A stretch of DNA of 63,879 nt, filler included, from Octopus bimaculoides (lineage: Eukaryota): NCBI RefSeq assembly GCF_001194135.2. It is 6 parts of 5 records of this genome, joined end to end, with 100 filler letters (N's around TTAATTAATTAA, not from the genome) between each part and the next. Parts side by side here need not be neighbours in the genome. Positions count along the whole stretch, not along the records: positions 1 to 16,382 come from NW_026323156.1; 5 more parts are not named here. One strand, written 5' to 3'. Both the position numbers and the translations under genes were made by a program. Shown here one piece after another: positions 1 through 12,155 of the stretch. The notes below the pieces were generated by a model. It had not been told where the DNA came from, made no database searches, and saw nothing but the letters and a program-made list of their open reading frames with translations. Every line of letters starts with the position of its first letter. Within the stretch, counting starts at the first letter, position 1.

Positions 1-372
1 TATATGAAAGAAGGTTTATCAAAGAATATGTATATGTATTTTTCCATATATGTATTTTCATACACTGTTTTTAACATTTTCATCTTATTATCAGAGAATG
101 TGTGATAATCAGTATGTAACACTACAAAGTTCATACACACACACATATACACACATATACACACACACATCAATATTTGATTTTTTGTTCATTTATAATG
201 TAAGCAATTTTAGATAATGTATTACTCAGTATCTTCATAGAGTACAAATTTATTATTCTCATACAGGAATAATTGTTGACAGTGACTTCAAAGTTTTGGG
301 TTGTTTTCTACAGTAGCCTAGAGCTGACCAAGGCTTTGTGAATGGATTTGGTAGGCAGAAGCTGATAGAAGC

Positions 373-412
<40 letters not shown>

Positions 413-664
413 CTATGTTTGTTCACCACCACTGCTTGACAACTGCTATTGGTGTGTTTCTGTCCCTTTGACTTAGCTGTTTGACAATAGGGAATAAGTA
501 ACAGGCATATTTTTAAGAAAATAAGTCCTGGGCTCAATTCATTCAACTAAAAATTCTTGAAGGTAGTGCCCCAGCATGGCCAGTCTTATGACTGAACCAA
601 GTAAAATACGAAAGATATATGAATGCATTGTGGATAAATATTTCTGTAGTTCAAAAGGACTTAC

Positions 665-747
665 GAGAACATGTATCATTGAAGTCAAGACATGTGGCAG
701 GGATTATATGATTTCCAGGTATTATGGAGTGTTGTATCTTGAAACAA
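665..747 (-). CDS. TNFR-like exon
   Basis: ctttctcctttttcag|TTGTTTC...TGTTCTC|gtaagt; CFKIQHSIIPGNHIIPATCLDFNDTCS. Confidence 0.85.
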
Positions 748-3700
748 CTGAAAAAGGAGAAAGGACAGATCATAAATTGGACAATACATTTATGCCAATG
801 TTTAACAATGATATATTGAAAGGAATTAGGTGTTTAGAGTGTCATTATAACAGAGCAGTGGGCAGCCCTGGGACCTAGCACCAAAGCTAAGCTGACCATA
901 ATAGAGGGCTTTAGAAGACCCGTCAAGCCAAGTGAAATTGTGGCCGATGCCAGTGTCATGTGACTGGCACCTGTGGAATGTAAAATGCATTGTTTGGACA
1001 CTGAGTCTCTTAGAGGCAGTGACAGGTGACCGAGACCTTTGGCAATATATTGTGCTTGAGAAGACCTATCAAACCAAGTGAGATCATAGTTGTGGCTGAT
1101 GCTGGTCCCATGTAACTGGCATGTAAAATGCACCCACAACACTCTTGGAGTGGTTGGCATTAGGAAGGGCATCCATTCCAAATCAGATTAGAACCTGGTG
1201 CAGCTTCCTGGTTCACCTGTTTTCAGTCAAAGCGTCCAACCCATGCCAGGGTGGAAAATGGAATATAAATGATGATTAGGTAATGAGTGTCTTCCATACA
1301 TACCAAATGACCAACCCACCTCAGTTTGGCACTTTGATAACATAATACTCTATACCTACAGAGTGAAATAGATACTGCTATGTATTGTAATCTGTATTGG
1401 TTTGTTTATGTTCCTGTAACTTAGCAGTTTGGCAAAAGAGACTGACTGAATAAATTCCAGACTTTAAGAAACAATACAAAAACATAAGTACTGGGGTCAG
1501 TTTGCTCAACTAAACCCTTCAAGACAGTGCCCTAGCTGGGGCTGTAATCCAATGACAAATGAATAAAGATACATAAAGAATCAAAACAGATAAAGCTGGC
1601 TTACTCGAAATGTTTAATACAGTAACCATGTCCAATCCAGTATTTGTAATGGTCGTCTGCACAAGTCTCGCATCTACCTGTAAGAAACAAATGGGCGAAT
1701 GGAAAAAGAAAATGAATCACATATTTATATATCATCATCATCATCATCGTTGTTATTATCATTACCACCACCACCATTATCACCATTGTTGTTGCTGCTG
1801 TTGTCCTTGTCATCAATGTTGCCCTTCCTTGTGGCCCTTCTTTTTGCCCTACGTTGTGACCCCTACTTTGTTGCCCTTCCTTGTTGCCCTTCCTTGTTGC
1901 CAAACACCCTTTCTCCTTCCGGTCGAGGCTAACTTTTATCTCCTCCATGGCTAGACATGCATCCATGGGAGATTGGAAATGAAATGACCTTGCTTGTATG
2001 ACAGTGACACTTGTTTACAACTATTTCATGATGTCAAGATGATGGTGGTGACGATTGTACTGGTGCGAGTGATGATGGTGGTAGTGGTGGTGATAGTAGT
2101 GATGAGGATGATGACAGTGGTGGTGATGATGATGACAATGGTGATGGGATCAACTTCCAAGGAAATTCAGCTGCTGTTAGTTATTTCCATACCTCAGAAG
2201 AAGAGAAGCACTTATTAATCTGTGAATGAATAATTAAATAAGTAAATTAATGAATCATGTGACCTGCCTCGAAAGTTTAATTCCAGTCCTGGCTGACATC
2301 CGTGATCAATTTTTTGACAGGACTTTTTGTCCTCTGTTACTATGTAACCAGCATGAAAGGCACACTGACACTCGACTTCAGAGGTTCGAAAGAAACCTAA
2401 AGAATGAGAGAAAGAAAAAGGGTGAATGAGAGAGATAAGGAGAATGGTGAGTGTAGCTTGTCAAGTGTGGGCTTGTCGAGTGTCACTTGTTGAGCGTACC
2501 TTGGTGAGTTTCTCTTACTTCCTTTTCTACTTTCAACACATTTTATTTTTTTGCACCTTTTGTTCAATCTTTCCGTCTGTCCCCTCTCTGTTTCCAGACC
2601 TACTGGACTTTTTCCATTGTGTTACCCATACATTTGTCTCCCTTTAGAGCCTTCTTCTGTTTACGAAATATATATCTAGTACGTTTATTGTTTTCTTTGT
2701 ATATTCACATTTATGTATTGTGTTTATTTTCATCAATGTCACCACCATTTGCCCAATATTTCCAGCAGCTTCTCGCTGTTTACACCACAAAAAATAAACA
2801 ATATTATCATTATAGATGTGACACTGTTAGGATTTTGTGGACAATAACTGACGAGGAATTAGCACAGCTGTGTCTTGTGAGTGAATCTTCTGTTTGTTCC
2901 TTTGTCATGTTTCCGTTTAATTTGTGAAACTTAAGACGCATAAAAAGGTAAAATATTCACCACTTAAAAGTGGATGTTACGCGAGAACACATGAATACTG
3001 CAATATTTACATACCATCAAACAGTAATTTTCTTGAACAGAAAGGGATATTGTAATAGAAATGATATTTACCTGTGAGGCAGTCGTTTTTATAGCATTTT
3101 TTAACATCAGATGATGACGTGATGAATGGGTTTTCAGTCTCAGGGGGACAAGGCAAACACTCGTCACAGTTATCATTCAGCTCACACGTTTTCACATAAG
3201 AACCTAGAAAAATCCAAGAGTAGAAAATTCAGTAACTCATATTAGTCACAGCTATTTCAGCTATGCATATTGATGAAATTGAACCATGAGCACAATACAA
3301 ATGCATATGCGAAATAGCTGTAAGCCCATAATGAATAAATAAATGTAACACTGTAAATGTGCAGAAAACAACTTCTGCCACATTCCAGGGAGAAAAACTA
3401 GACATAGTTGATAGCTTCCATTACCTAGGTTACCAAGTCAGTAGTGGGGGAGGGTGCGCTGAAAGTGTAGCTGCTAGAATAAGAATAGCCTGGGCAAAGT
3501 TCAGAGAGCTCTTACTTCTGCTGGTGACAAAGGGTCTCTCTCTCAGAGTAAAAGGCAGACTGTATTGACACATGTGTATGAACAGCAGTGAAACATGGGC
3601 CGTGACTGCTGAGGATATGTGTAAGCTCGAAAGGAATGAAGCCAGTATGTTCCGATGGATGAGTAATGCTAGTGTGCATACTCGACACCTTGAGAGAAAA

Positions 3701-4878
3701 GTTGAACCTAAGAAAAATCAGTTGTGGCGTGCAAGAGAGACGATTGCACTGGTATGGTCACGTGGCAAGAATGGATGAGGATAGTTGTGTGAAAAAGTAC
3801 CACACCCTAGCGGTTGAGGGAACCTGTGGAAGAGGCAGGCCCAGGAAGACCTGGTATGAGGTGGTGAAGCACGACCTCCGAACATTAGGCCTTACCGAGG
3901 CAATGACTTCTGACTGAGACCTTTGGAAATATGCTGTGCATGAGAAGACCTGGCAAGCCAAGTGAGACCAAAATCTAAGGCCCAGCCCGTTATTTCTGTT
4001 TATTTTATGTATCACTCTGAAACCATGGATTTACAAATTTGAGGGCAATGGACTCCAACTTTGACTTTCAACTTTGAATTACCTGGAGTACAATAGCGAT
4101 CACAAGACTTTTTAGTCAGTGTTTTAAAGGCAGTGGCGTGCAGGGAGAATGCAAGGCTGCATAAGTATGTGTGTCTGTGTATTTTACTTATGTTTTGTTT
4201 AAATTCTTTGGCACCTTCAGAACCTGAAGTCCTCCTTTTACATCCTAGAGAGACAAAACACCACAACCCTGGCCAAGTATATATGGTCGTGAAAGAAAGT
4301 GCCATGGAATAGAGTATAAAGTGGAGGATATTAGAGAAATGTAAAGCATACTTCAGTAGCAGCAGGAAATGCAGATTATGCTTGGCTGAGAAACAAACTC
4401 TTGGCACCCACACATCTATCTCAACAAGAGAAGTGAGATTTATAATCCTTGCCTACATGAAAGGAAATACATCCTATCATATCTATGTGTGCTGTCGTGA
4501 CTATAACTGCCAGTTCCCCAGCTTCAGCCGTCCCACCACAAAATACCTAAGAATCTGTCAAAGAGTTTGACCAGAACAGGCACACACTTGCCCTAATACA
4601 GCAGACATCTACCATTTGAGTAGATTAGGTGGACAAGAAATAAGAGAAACTGAGTCTGTATGTGTCCTGGGAGACATTGGTTCAATTCCATTCATTCATT
4701 AAATATCTGATTGTTTTGTTTGTCAAAGGTCGTTCACTGCTTCTGGCAGCCTCCCCATAATTTTAGTAGCTCATAAAAATATACATTGTGTTTATTAAAT
4801 AATATTTATTTCTCACCATATGGAGTATGTTTTTGTTGATCTTACCATCACAGACCAGTACACTATACATATACATAC

Positions 4879-4925
<47 letters not shown>

Positions 4926-5588
4926 GAAATATTCAAACACTGAGATTTGAAGTTAGATGTCACTACTGTTCATATCATCTGTGGATAAATTCAAAATTTG
5001 ATGATATCACCAGTAGTAGCATTGGTGGAACGCAGTTATGATAGCTTTAAGGAGCTATGAAATATCGTAATGATGCTTAATGAGCATCTACCTGCTAGAA
5101 ATAAGAGCCAAGTCTTAAATAATCCACCGTAGCGCACCAATATAACAGAGAAAAGCAGTATGCAAGGAAAACAGGCAGAATAAAAACATTTAACAGCACA
5201 AATAAAAATACTATGCAATTACGGATATCCACAAACCAGGTTTCTGCTTTTGGTTATTCAACCTTGAGCTTCGTCAGTGTGGACCACCAGTTTAAATCCA
5301 TGACTGTTCACGTTAGTCTCTGACTGTGCAACTGGTTTTGTTTTGCGCCAAAATCAGAGCATATGGTGCGTAAAAATATTTAAATGAAATATTCAAACAC
5401 TGAGATTTGAAGTTAGATGTCACTACTGTTCATATCATCTGTGGATAAATTCAAAATTTGATGATATCACCAGTAGTAGCATTGGTGGAACGCAGTTATG
5501 ATAGCTTTAAGGAGCTATGAAATATCATAATGATGCTTAATGAGCATCTACCTGCTAGAAATAAGAGCCAAGTCTTAAATATATATAT

Positions 5589-5626
<38 letters not shown>

Positions 5627-8600
5627 AGAATGCACAAAGACCAAAAGACAAAGACATGTGGTGTAGAAAACAATTAGATGTATTAGTATAACGCTTGAGA
5701 AGTGAAAATGTCTTTAATGTTTCGAGCCCACACTCTTCCACAGAAAAGAACACAAATAAACAAGGAGAGAAAATAAAGAATGTGAAGTGGCTAGCGATCT
5801 ATCATTGTGGATGCCAGACAGAAGGGTCAGACAGGAAAGCTAGGGAGAAGGGGAGATAATGAAGTAGTGGTGATCCCAAAACAAAGGTGTGCATGCGTGT
5901 GTATAAGAGAGTATGTATGTGCATGTGGAAGAGGGATTGTGATCTTGATGCGTACATGTGTGTATGTGTAGGTGTGAAAATGTGGGGCTGGGAAGTGGTC
6001 AGTGCTGGTGTGTGCGTGGTGGTGTGTTGTGATGTGATGTGGTGTGGTATGATGGTGTTGGGAGGTAGGGGAGGTGATAGCGGGGAAAGCAAGGGTGGGA
6101 TTACAAGGAAGAGGTGACGATGAAGAGGGAAGAAGGTGGGTAGGAGTGAAGAGAAGAGAGAAGGAGTGAAGAGGAGAGAGAAGGAGGGAAGAGAAGAGAG
6201 AAGGAGGGAAGAGAAGAGAGAAGGAGGGAAGAGGAGAGAGAAGGAGGGAAGAGAAGAGAGAAGGAGGGAAGAGAAGAGAGAAGGAGTGAAGAGGAGAGAG
6301 AAGGAGGGAAGAGGAGAGAGAAGGAGGGAAGAGGAGAGAGAAGGAGGGAAGAGGAGAGAGGAGTGACGAGAAGAAGTAGGAGCTGGAGCAAGAGAGGAAA
6401 GGTAGGTGGGAGGAAGTAGGTTTGAGGGGGAGAGAGGTGAGGGGAGGTGAGGGGAGGTGGTTAGATGAAAAGGGGAGGAGAGTTGAGCCCATGTGGTGCA
6501 AAGGAGTGAAGAGAGAAGATTAATCCCTGTTCACGGCGCAGACGGGAGTCAGGATGGCCCCTGTGCAAGGACAATCTGAACACGGACAGGTGTTGCAAAG
6601 AGTGATCGGTAGAGAGGAAATGGAACAATACCGGGGTGTCATTGCTGAGTTGGATGTCTCGGAGGTGTTCCATGATGTCAGCGAAGCGGCGTTCCGTTTG
6701 TCCGATGTATAGAGAAGGGTAAAGAGAGTTGGAAATGCAGTAGNNNNNNNNNNNNNNNNNNNNNNNNNNNNNNNNNNNNNNNNNNNNNNNNNNNNNNNNN
6801 NNNNNNNNNNNNNNNNNNNNNNNNNNNNNNNNNNNNNNNNNNNNNNNNNNNNNNNNNNNNNNNNNNNNNNNNNNNNNNNNNNNNNNNNNNNNNNNNNNNN
6901 NNNNNNNNNNNNNNNNNNNNNNNNNNNNNNNNNNNNNNNNNNNNNNNNNNNNNNNNNNNNNNNNNNNNNNNNNNNNNNNNNNNNNNNNNNNNNNNNNNNN
7001 NNNNNNNTGGGAGCAGGGGAACGAGCGGAGTTGGAAGGTTGGGTTAGGGAAGAAGCTGTGGACCAAGAGGTCTTGTAGGTTATGGGCTTGTTTGAAGGAG
7101 GGGAGGGGTTAGTTAGGGAAGATGTGCAAAGTGGAGGGGTTAGACTGGAGTCGCTGGAAGGCTCAGAGAATGGTGCATTGGAGAGGTAGGGTGGTGGGGT
7201 GGTAGGTGAGGGGAAATTGAAGGCAGGGCGGGTTTGGGGGGAGAGAGCAGATGCACAGTCCATGGAAGGTGCTCTGGCAAGGGCGGTGTGGATAGTGATG
7301 AGGGGATATCCACACACACACACACATATATATATATCAATGAATGAACAATAGTATGCATAACATGTACTTATCTCTGAAATATTACCTGATGGACAGT
7401 GTAACACTGGCTTACAGCATTTGTCACCATGCTTTAACTGACCTTTAGGGCAATCAGATAACACTCTGCTGATCTAAATTGAAAGAGAAAATATTACGGA
7501 GGTTAGTGGAAGTCATTAACTAAGAAAGAATGGTGAAATGATTGACATGCACACAAACCAATGACTTACATGATGCGCGCGTGTGTGTGTGAATACAAGG
7601 GTTGGATGAAAATTCATAGGCTGTGAAGGACTGATGCAAGAGGTGTAAAATCATATATATGTCAATGTGTACATGCACACATACACATATATATATCAAC
7701 AACAATGATAATAATTCTTTTTATACATACATACAGCTTTACATGTATATATGTGCATGTTTACATATTGATAATTGTGTATGTATATGTGTATATACAT
7801 ATGCATGTATATATATTAATTTCACATATATTTTATTTTATATTATCTAAGTCTATGAGCTATATTTGGAATGCAGGACAATATAATGGATTTTATACAT
7901 AATTATTATGGATTACTGTAGAAGACTTATCAAGGGGGCATATATGGATTTCAAGACTCTCATACTAAAGTGTACTTACCAAAATCAAAAGCAGTAATTT
8001 TAAATTTATATTTCAAACAAACACCATTTTCCCCTATTACTTCATATTTTTAGAAAACTACCATTCGATAAATTATACAAATTGCACATTTTATATCTCT
8101 GACGAACAGAAGTGTTGTCTATAAATGCTTATCAATATAGGATTCCATTATAGGGACAACACTTCTGCGAAGCGATTATAAGATGCTTTAAAAACTTAAT
8201 TTGAAACTTTTAAACTGTCATATTTATTATTATATATTTATACTTATACATATTATATATATTTATATTTTTAATACAATAATTATTCTACACACATTTA
8301 TATCTTTCTGAAGAATCTTCTGATATTGATTTCCTGATATTATTAACAATATATTATATAATATATATAATCGCTCGTATTAAATGTACAAATGCTTTAA
8401 TAATATTAATACTTTGATACAATAGAGCACTCAATGTAAATTCAGTATATGACATTCTCGTTGAATATATTTAACTAAAGATATATATATATATAAATAA
8501 ATGGAGTTTAATGCAGGTGCTGTTCAAATTCTCTTACTTCCGACACGTTTCAAAGATATCCCTGGTATTATTCCAAAGGAATAAAATGATGTAAAACAAT

Positions 8601-10792
8601 GTACTCTTCTCTTCAGGGAAATGAAGGAATGAAACTCATCAATAAGACATTTTAACCGAAAATGATGGATATGTATAGTGATTAACTGAACGCTATTAAG
8701 TTTGTTTCCAAAAAAACGTTAGAGGATATAACGTCAAAGGTAGCCTATAGAAAGGGGAGGGGCAAAGGAAAGAAAAAACCAAATAAATATGTATGTTAAA
8801 TAAAACCATATAAACTTGTAAAAAGACATATTTAGTGAATGTGAAATGTAAGAAGAAATTTAATGTTTAAATTATATATAATGATAGATGTCACTTATAT
8901 GAACTAAAGGTGTGTTTCTGCCAATGTTTACATCAGTAGGGACACTCTATAACCGTGTTTACAAGGGGATTTTTAGAAAAAAGAATAAAAAATAGTTCAG
9001 AATTACAGAGAAGACAGAATTCTTTGCCTTTGTCATAAGGTATTGAGATTGAGAGAATCAACCAATCTAAATTAAATTGTTTATTGTGGTCTTTTAGATC
9101 CCAAATTAATTAACTAATTCCTGTACTGTTACGTTTATTCCTATACCTAAATGTAGAGTAATGATGAGAAATTCTTCCAGATAACTGAGAAGATGTGCTT
9201 CCAATATAAAAAAATACTTCATTACCAGAAGTAATTTTACACTGGTATATAGAATTTTTAATTTTAGAGTTAATTGACATAAACTTGTTAACAAGGGAAA
9301 ACTACACACATCTATTATATATATATATGTGTGTGTGTGTATCACATGTATATAGAGAAACTAATATTTGTTTTTTGTATAAGCACCAAAAGGTGTATAA
9401 AGATACAAATAAGTTGATAATTTATTTTCGAATGCGGAGACGCCATTAGAACAGCAGAAACATTTAAATTACTCTTACAAAGTGAAAAAAAAATATGTCA
9501 ACAAACAGCCATGGGACTTGAACCCATATCTGTCGAACATTCTGGCCAAGTGCTTTAGCATTAAGCTAAACTGGCCACTGCTACACTTTCACTAAACCAC
9601 CTCAAATGTGTGGTATTTGATGAATGATGGAGTTTTATGTTGCTGCCTTGTCTTGACGTAGGTTGATCTGGAACTCTTGACAGGAGGAAATCCAGTTTTG
9701 TTTTGAAGATGCCAATATCCATCCCATATCAGTCTCTTAAGCTTTCTGAGAGGATATTGAAGAGCTGTGGCCACTTGAAACCCAAACTGTTGCAGTATTT
9801 GGTCCTGTATTTTGATAGTAATTTGGGGGTTTTTGGTATTATCCAGTGGTGTCCAGTCGTGCTGTTTGTGTAACTTTCATTGCCAAAGTTTGGTACAAGC
9901 ACTTCTAGGATTTTCCAGATGTATATTGCTGCGTATCTTTCCTGCCTTTGTTCTAGGAATGAGAGTCTTAACTTTTTTTAGCTTCTACCTGTAGCTGATA
10001 TGTTTCATTGAGACAGTTGTCTTTATATAGTTTCACTGGATTGCTGTGCGTTCTGTCAATTTTACAGTGTAAGGTGACCACAGTTGGGAGCAGTAATTTA
10101 AATGGCTGAGGACAAGTGTCCTGCAGAGAACCATCATGGTTACCTGTTCTCTCGTTTTGAAGGTTCAAAGGACCCATCCAGCCAATGTCTAGAGGGTATC
10201 TGTGCAGCTGAGGTCATGTCTCAGAGGGCCTCTATGAGCAGCACTGGCCTCAAGACAGTCCCTAGTGGAACACCACTCATTACTTATGCTTCCTTGGAGT
10301 AGGTCCAGCTGGCCACCACTACATGACTTCTGTCTTTTAGAAAGTCATGTAACCATTCTCCAAGTTTTCCAACTATGCCAAGATTATGGCTTCAGGAGTT
10401 GTGAAAAAAGAATTTGTACGTAGTCTGTTTCTGGGAGCTATTCTATTGTATATCTGTCTAATCATTAAAACATTTATTTAATTATGAAAATAGAAAGAAA
10501 TTATACATTAATCCCAATTTTTGTAAGCAGTTGTATCCGTAAAAATTTTATTTGCACAGAGCAGAAATTGAAAGATATATGAAATGGATGTGCGTGTGTG
10601 TATGTGAGAGAGAAAGAGGGTGAGAAAGAGAAATAGAGTGAGTGAAGTTGTGTGTTATTGACTTACGTTGGCTGGCACGGCAAGTACAAAGCTTTTGAGG
10701 AAGCAGATGACTGAGGTGATTTGGAAGATGTGAAGAAATGCCGTCTTTTCAGTGGAGCACTTCTTTGTAGGCAACGTTTCTCGTTTTCCCTT
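665..10792 (-). CDS. TNF receptor superfamily-like gene, partial (signal peptide + cysteine-rich ectodomain); exons 10667-10792, 7389-7473, 3072-3203, 2268-2396, 1605-1677, 665-747
   Basis: Six AG/GT(GC)-bounded exons join in frame (phases 0,1,1,1,2): ...KTAFLHIFQITSVICFLKSFVLAVPAN|ISRVLSDCPKGQLKHGDKCCKPVLHCPS|GSYVKTCELNDNCDECLPCPPETENPFITSSSDVKKCYKNDCLT|GFFRTSEVECQCAFHAGYIVTEDKKSCQKIDHGCQPGLELNFR|GRCETCADDHYKYWIGHGYCIKHF|DCFKIQHSIIPGNHIIPATCLDFNDTCS. Cys spacing (CC..C.pG, C..H..C....pG......C) resembles TNFR CRDs from memory of the family. ATG and TM/cytoplasmic exons not seen. Confidence 0.8.
885..1278 (+). mobile_element. 3' UTR fragment of the same RTE family
   Basis: gagacctttgg...gagaagacc...caagtgagatc...taggaagggc...aaatgatgat, shared with 13040-13590. 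Confidence 0.7.
1605..1677 (-). CDS. TNFR-like exon
   Basis: tttgtttcttacag|GTAGATGC...TTTCGA|gtaagc; RCETCADDHYKYWIGHGYCIKHF. Confidence 0.85.
2268..2396 (-). CDS. TNFR-like exon with GC donor
   Basis: ctctcattctttag|GTTTCTTT...TTTCGAG|gcaggt; 129 nt; ECQCAFHAGY...SCQKIDHGCQPG. Confidence 0.8.
3072..3203 (-). CDS. TNFR-like exon
   Basis: ggatttttctag|GTTCTTAT...CTCACAG|gtaaat; 132 nt, phase 1-1. Confidence 0.85.
3335..3968 (+). mobile_element. RTE-clade LINE, degenerate 3' RT fragment
   Basis: Broken ORFs VDSFHYLG...ARIRIAWAKFREL, SETWAVT, RRLHWYGHVARM, GRGRPRKTW. Confidence 0.85.
4921..5580. repeat. 200-bp direct repeats (4921-5120 and 5381-5580) flanking a 260-bp insert
   Basis: Copies identical by eye except atatcGtaa vs atatcAtaa; each starts and ends with taaat. 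Confidence 0.9.
5228..5283 (-). ncRNA. Type I hammerhead ribozyme (minimal helix III, GUU triplet), sense in a TNFR-like intron
   Basis: Minus strand: TCCACA CTGACGA a GCT caa GGTT gaat AACC aaa AGC a GAAAC ctg GTT^ TGTGGA. Confidence 0.7.
5690..7330 (-). mobile_element. Penelope-like element 3' part (GIY-YIG endonuclease, GA-rich tract, terminal repeat), gapped
   Basis: YCIS..LYIGQTERRFAD..EHLRDI..PV..HF..HS..REQGLIFSL...P.GLN at 6461-6743; terminal region similar to 24820-25274. Confidence 0.75.
7389..7473 (-). CDS. TNFR-like exon (start of CRD1)
   Basis: ttctctttcaatttag|ATCAGC...CCATCAG|gtaata; ISRVLSDCPKGQLKHGDKCCKPVLHCPS. Confidence 0.8.
8095..8184 (+). ncRNA. Decayed hammerhead with long helix II
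   Basis: ATCT CTGACGA a CAGAAGTGTTGTC...GACAACACTTCTG c GAAGC GAT TAT A AGAT; GAAAC mutated and helix III disrupted. Confidence 0.55.
9590..10400 (-). mobile_element. CR1-like LINE RT, degenerate
   Basis: Minus strand reads GIVGKLGEWLHDFLKDRS...SGVPLGTVL.P with stops and frameshifts. Confidence 0.7.
10667..10792 (-). CDS. TNFR-like exon, signal-peptide-like
   Basis: catcag|AAGGGA...GCCAAC|gtaagt; 42 codons ending in hydrophobic FLHIFQITSVICFLKSFVLA; phase 0 fits the next exon; no ATG; the 5' boundary is next to an N gap. Confidence 0.55.
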
Positions 10793-11958
10793 CTGATGCA
10801 CAAATGTATANNNNNNNNNNNNNNNNNNNNNNNNNNNNNNNNNNNNNNNNNNNNNNNNNNNNNNNNNNNNNNNNNNNNNNNNNNNNNNNNNNNNNNNNNN
10901 NNNNNNNNNNNNNNNNNNNNNNNNNNNNNNNNNNNNNNNNNNNNNNNNNNNNNNNNNNNNNNNNNNNNNNNNNNNNNNNNNNNNNNNNNNNNNNNNNNNN
11001 NNNNNNNNNNNNNNNNNNNNNNNNNNNNNNNNNNNNNNNNNNNNNNNNNNNNNNNNNNNNNNNNNNNNNNNNNNNNNNNNNNNNNNNNNNNNNNNNNNNN
11101 NNNNNNNNNNNNNNNNNNNNNNNNNNNNNNNNNNNNNNNNNNNNNNNNNNNNNNNNNNNNNNNNNNNNNNNNNNNNNNNNNNNNNNNNNNNNNNNNNNNN
11201 NNNNNNNNNNNNNNNNNNNNNNNNNNNNNNNNNNNNNNNNNNNNNNNNNNNNNNNNNNNNNNNNNNNNNNNNNNNNNNNNNNNNNNNNNNNNNNNNNNNN
11301 NNNNNNNNNNNNNNNNNNNNNNNNNNNNNNNNNNNNNNNNNNNNNNNNNNNNNNNNNNNNNNNNNNNNNNNNNNNNNNNNNNNNNNNNNNNNNNNNNNNN
11401 NNNNNNNNNNNNNNNNNNNNNNNNNNNNNNNNNNNNNNNNNNNNNNNNNNNNNNNNNNNNNNNNNNNNNNNNNNNNNNNNNNNNNNNNNNNNNNNNNNNN
11501 NNNNNNNNNNNNNNNNNNNNNNNNNNNNNNNNNNNNNNNNNNNNNNNNNNNNNNNNNNNNNNNNNNNNNNNNNNNNNNNNNNNNNNNNNNNNNNNNNNNN
11601 NNNNNNNNNNNNNNNNNNNNNNNNNNNNNNNNNNNNNNNNNNNNNNNNNNNNNNNNNNNNNNNNNNNNNNNNNNNNNNNNNNNNNNNNNNNNNNNNNNNN
11701 NNNNNNNNNNNNNNNNNNNNNNNNNNNNNNTCTGTCAATCAATGGCCGGACAAGTGAACAAATTTTTTTAATATATGTTTTGGGGAAAGGGATCTTTTGA
11801 AGTGGGTGTCAAATGAAAAGAGACATGGACAGTTTTATGACTGAACTTCTTTTGAAGTTGGCATGAGACGGAAGAATTGATGTGCGTGCGTGTGTCTGTG
11901 TGTGTGTATGTTTGATGGGCTGTGCATGACAGAGAGAGTAATGTTTATAGTGTGTATA

Positions 11959-11993
<35 letters not shown>

Positions 11994-12121
11994 AAGAAAG
12001 AGAGAGAGAAAGGAAGAGAGAGAAAGAAAGGAAGAGAGAGAAAGAAAGAGAGAGATAATTGAAATTTTTTGCATTCAGTTTTTGTACTAAGTGAATGTGT
12101 GAGTGATTGACAAAGAAAAAC

Positions 12122-12155
<34 letters not shown>

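Noticed and set aside
576-878. 100-aa plus-strand ORF
   Set aside because: Antisense shadow of the TNFR-like exon 665-747 plus SINE sequence
4546-4592. Extra TNFR-like exon GKCVPVLVKLFDRFL
   Set aside because: Phase 0 start does not fit the phase 1 upstream exon; no CRD pattern
8107-8167. Pre-miRNA hairpin
   Set aside because: Flanked by hammerhead core remnants, so better explained as HHR helix II
10663-11800. Long ORFs containing X runs (also near 19.7-20.7, 23.8-24.8, 25.2-26.3, 38.2-39.1 and 47.1-47.9 kb)
   Set aside because: Artefacts of N gaps
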